Origin: Chlamydiales bacterium
GTDB lineage: Bacteria; Chlamydiota; Chlamydiia; Chlamydiales; JAAZZY01
NCBI GenBank assembly: GCA_965206695.1
Contig: CBDBKM010000008.1
Coordinates: forward strand, 32,001 to 96,000
DNA: 64,000 nucleotides
Direction: 5' to 3'
Below the pieces are notes generated by a model that had not been told where the DNA came from, did no database searches, and saw nothing but the letters and a program-made list of their open reading frames with translations. The translations under genes were made by a program, and so were the position numbers. Of the stretch, positions 63,259 to 64,000 are shown piece after piece (within the stretch, counting starts at the first letter, position 1; every line of letters begins with the position of its first letter).

Positions 63259-64000
63259 ACCCGACATTCCTAGACCTCTAAACAAGTTTTTCTAATTAAG
63301 CCATACATCCTCATTGCAGTCTTTCCAAACAAAACAATAATCTTTTTCCGAAGACGGGTTAAATTTGTGATCATTTCTTTACAAATTCTCCGGGAAGTCT
63401 TCTGAAAAAAACGGATTATTCCGATACCTTCCATAATTTGGAAAATCCATCTTAATGTTGGATTTTTGACTTCCTTTCCTAATTGGTTGGGTAATGTCTC
63501 TTCTGTTTCTATCAATTTTTGTCGAAGTTGATATTGTCCGATATTATAAACCATTAAACACAATGTCATAACCATCATTAATGCTTCAATGCGTCGAGGG
63601 GTTTTTAAAAAAATAGAATCAACCATAAACCAAGGATCTTTTAAAAAGCGAAACCCTCCTTCAACCTTTTGCTGTTCTTTATATTCTTCTAACATCATCT
63701 CATCTTTATAATTTTCTCTATCGGTGTCATTCGCAGCTAAAATAAACCGTCCTTTTCTATTCATCAGTTTATTAATTTCTTCTTCTTCCCTTTCAAAGCT
63801 AGCATGAATCTTGTATCCAACAACTTGTTTTTCCTCTCCTTGTTTAGGTTTGCCTAATTTACCATATTTTAGAATCGGCAATATCTCACTATTCATGGAA
63901 TATAAATGATTTTTTTTAGTCAATCTGCCCCAAGCTTTTTTAGCATCACTTTCGCATTTAAATTCCTCATTACCCAAATGCCAAAGTTGTTTCTTGAGCT
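63259..64000 (-). mobile_element. IS1634-family transposase, 3' part (continues beyond window) with right terminus
   Basis: GRFILA.ND, YKEQQKVEGGFRFLKDP, FLKTPRRIEAL, PNQLGK..NPTLRWIFQ; terminus CCCGACATTCC at 63260. Confidence 0.88.

Overview
AT-rich chromosomal segment from a member of the Chlamydiae, probably an environmental or host-associated lineage. This is inferred from gene blocks syntenic with Chlamydia: kdsD-sucB-gltT-lpxK-trmH-MTase, hrcA-grpE-dnaK with CIRCE, nrdR-dksA-lspA, and P1B-ATPase-VIT1-serS. Housekeeping blocks are interleaved with a heavy IS load: six ~939-bp IS630 copies, an IS605-group tnpA, remnants of IS1, IS3, IS5, IS701, IS1182-like, IS1634 and ISNCY, and several pseudogenes. 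The main observations are: (1) a candidate nuclear effector at 59902-61119 fusing an SV40-like NLS, NUMOD3-type DNA-binding repeats and a SET domain; (2) a window-wide excess of CCGG, with conserved residues in several pseudogenes changed in the way CTGG->CCGG predicts, suggesting a directional, sequence-specific mismatch-repair bias; (3) the scattered parts of an IS605-group system: a left end with tnpA, a 47-bp fused LE/RE mini-element, and an orphan omegaRNA-like right end with a possible promoter but no tnpB; (4) an unexplained GC-richer structured element after smc. No rRNA, tRNA or CRISPR array was recognised. All calls were made by eye from sequence and ORF translations; no database searches were run.
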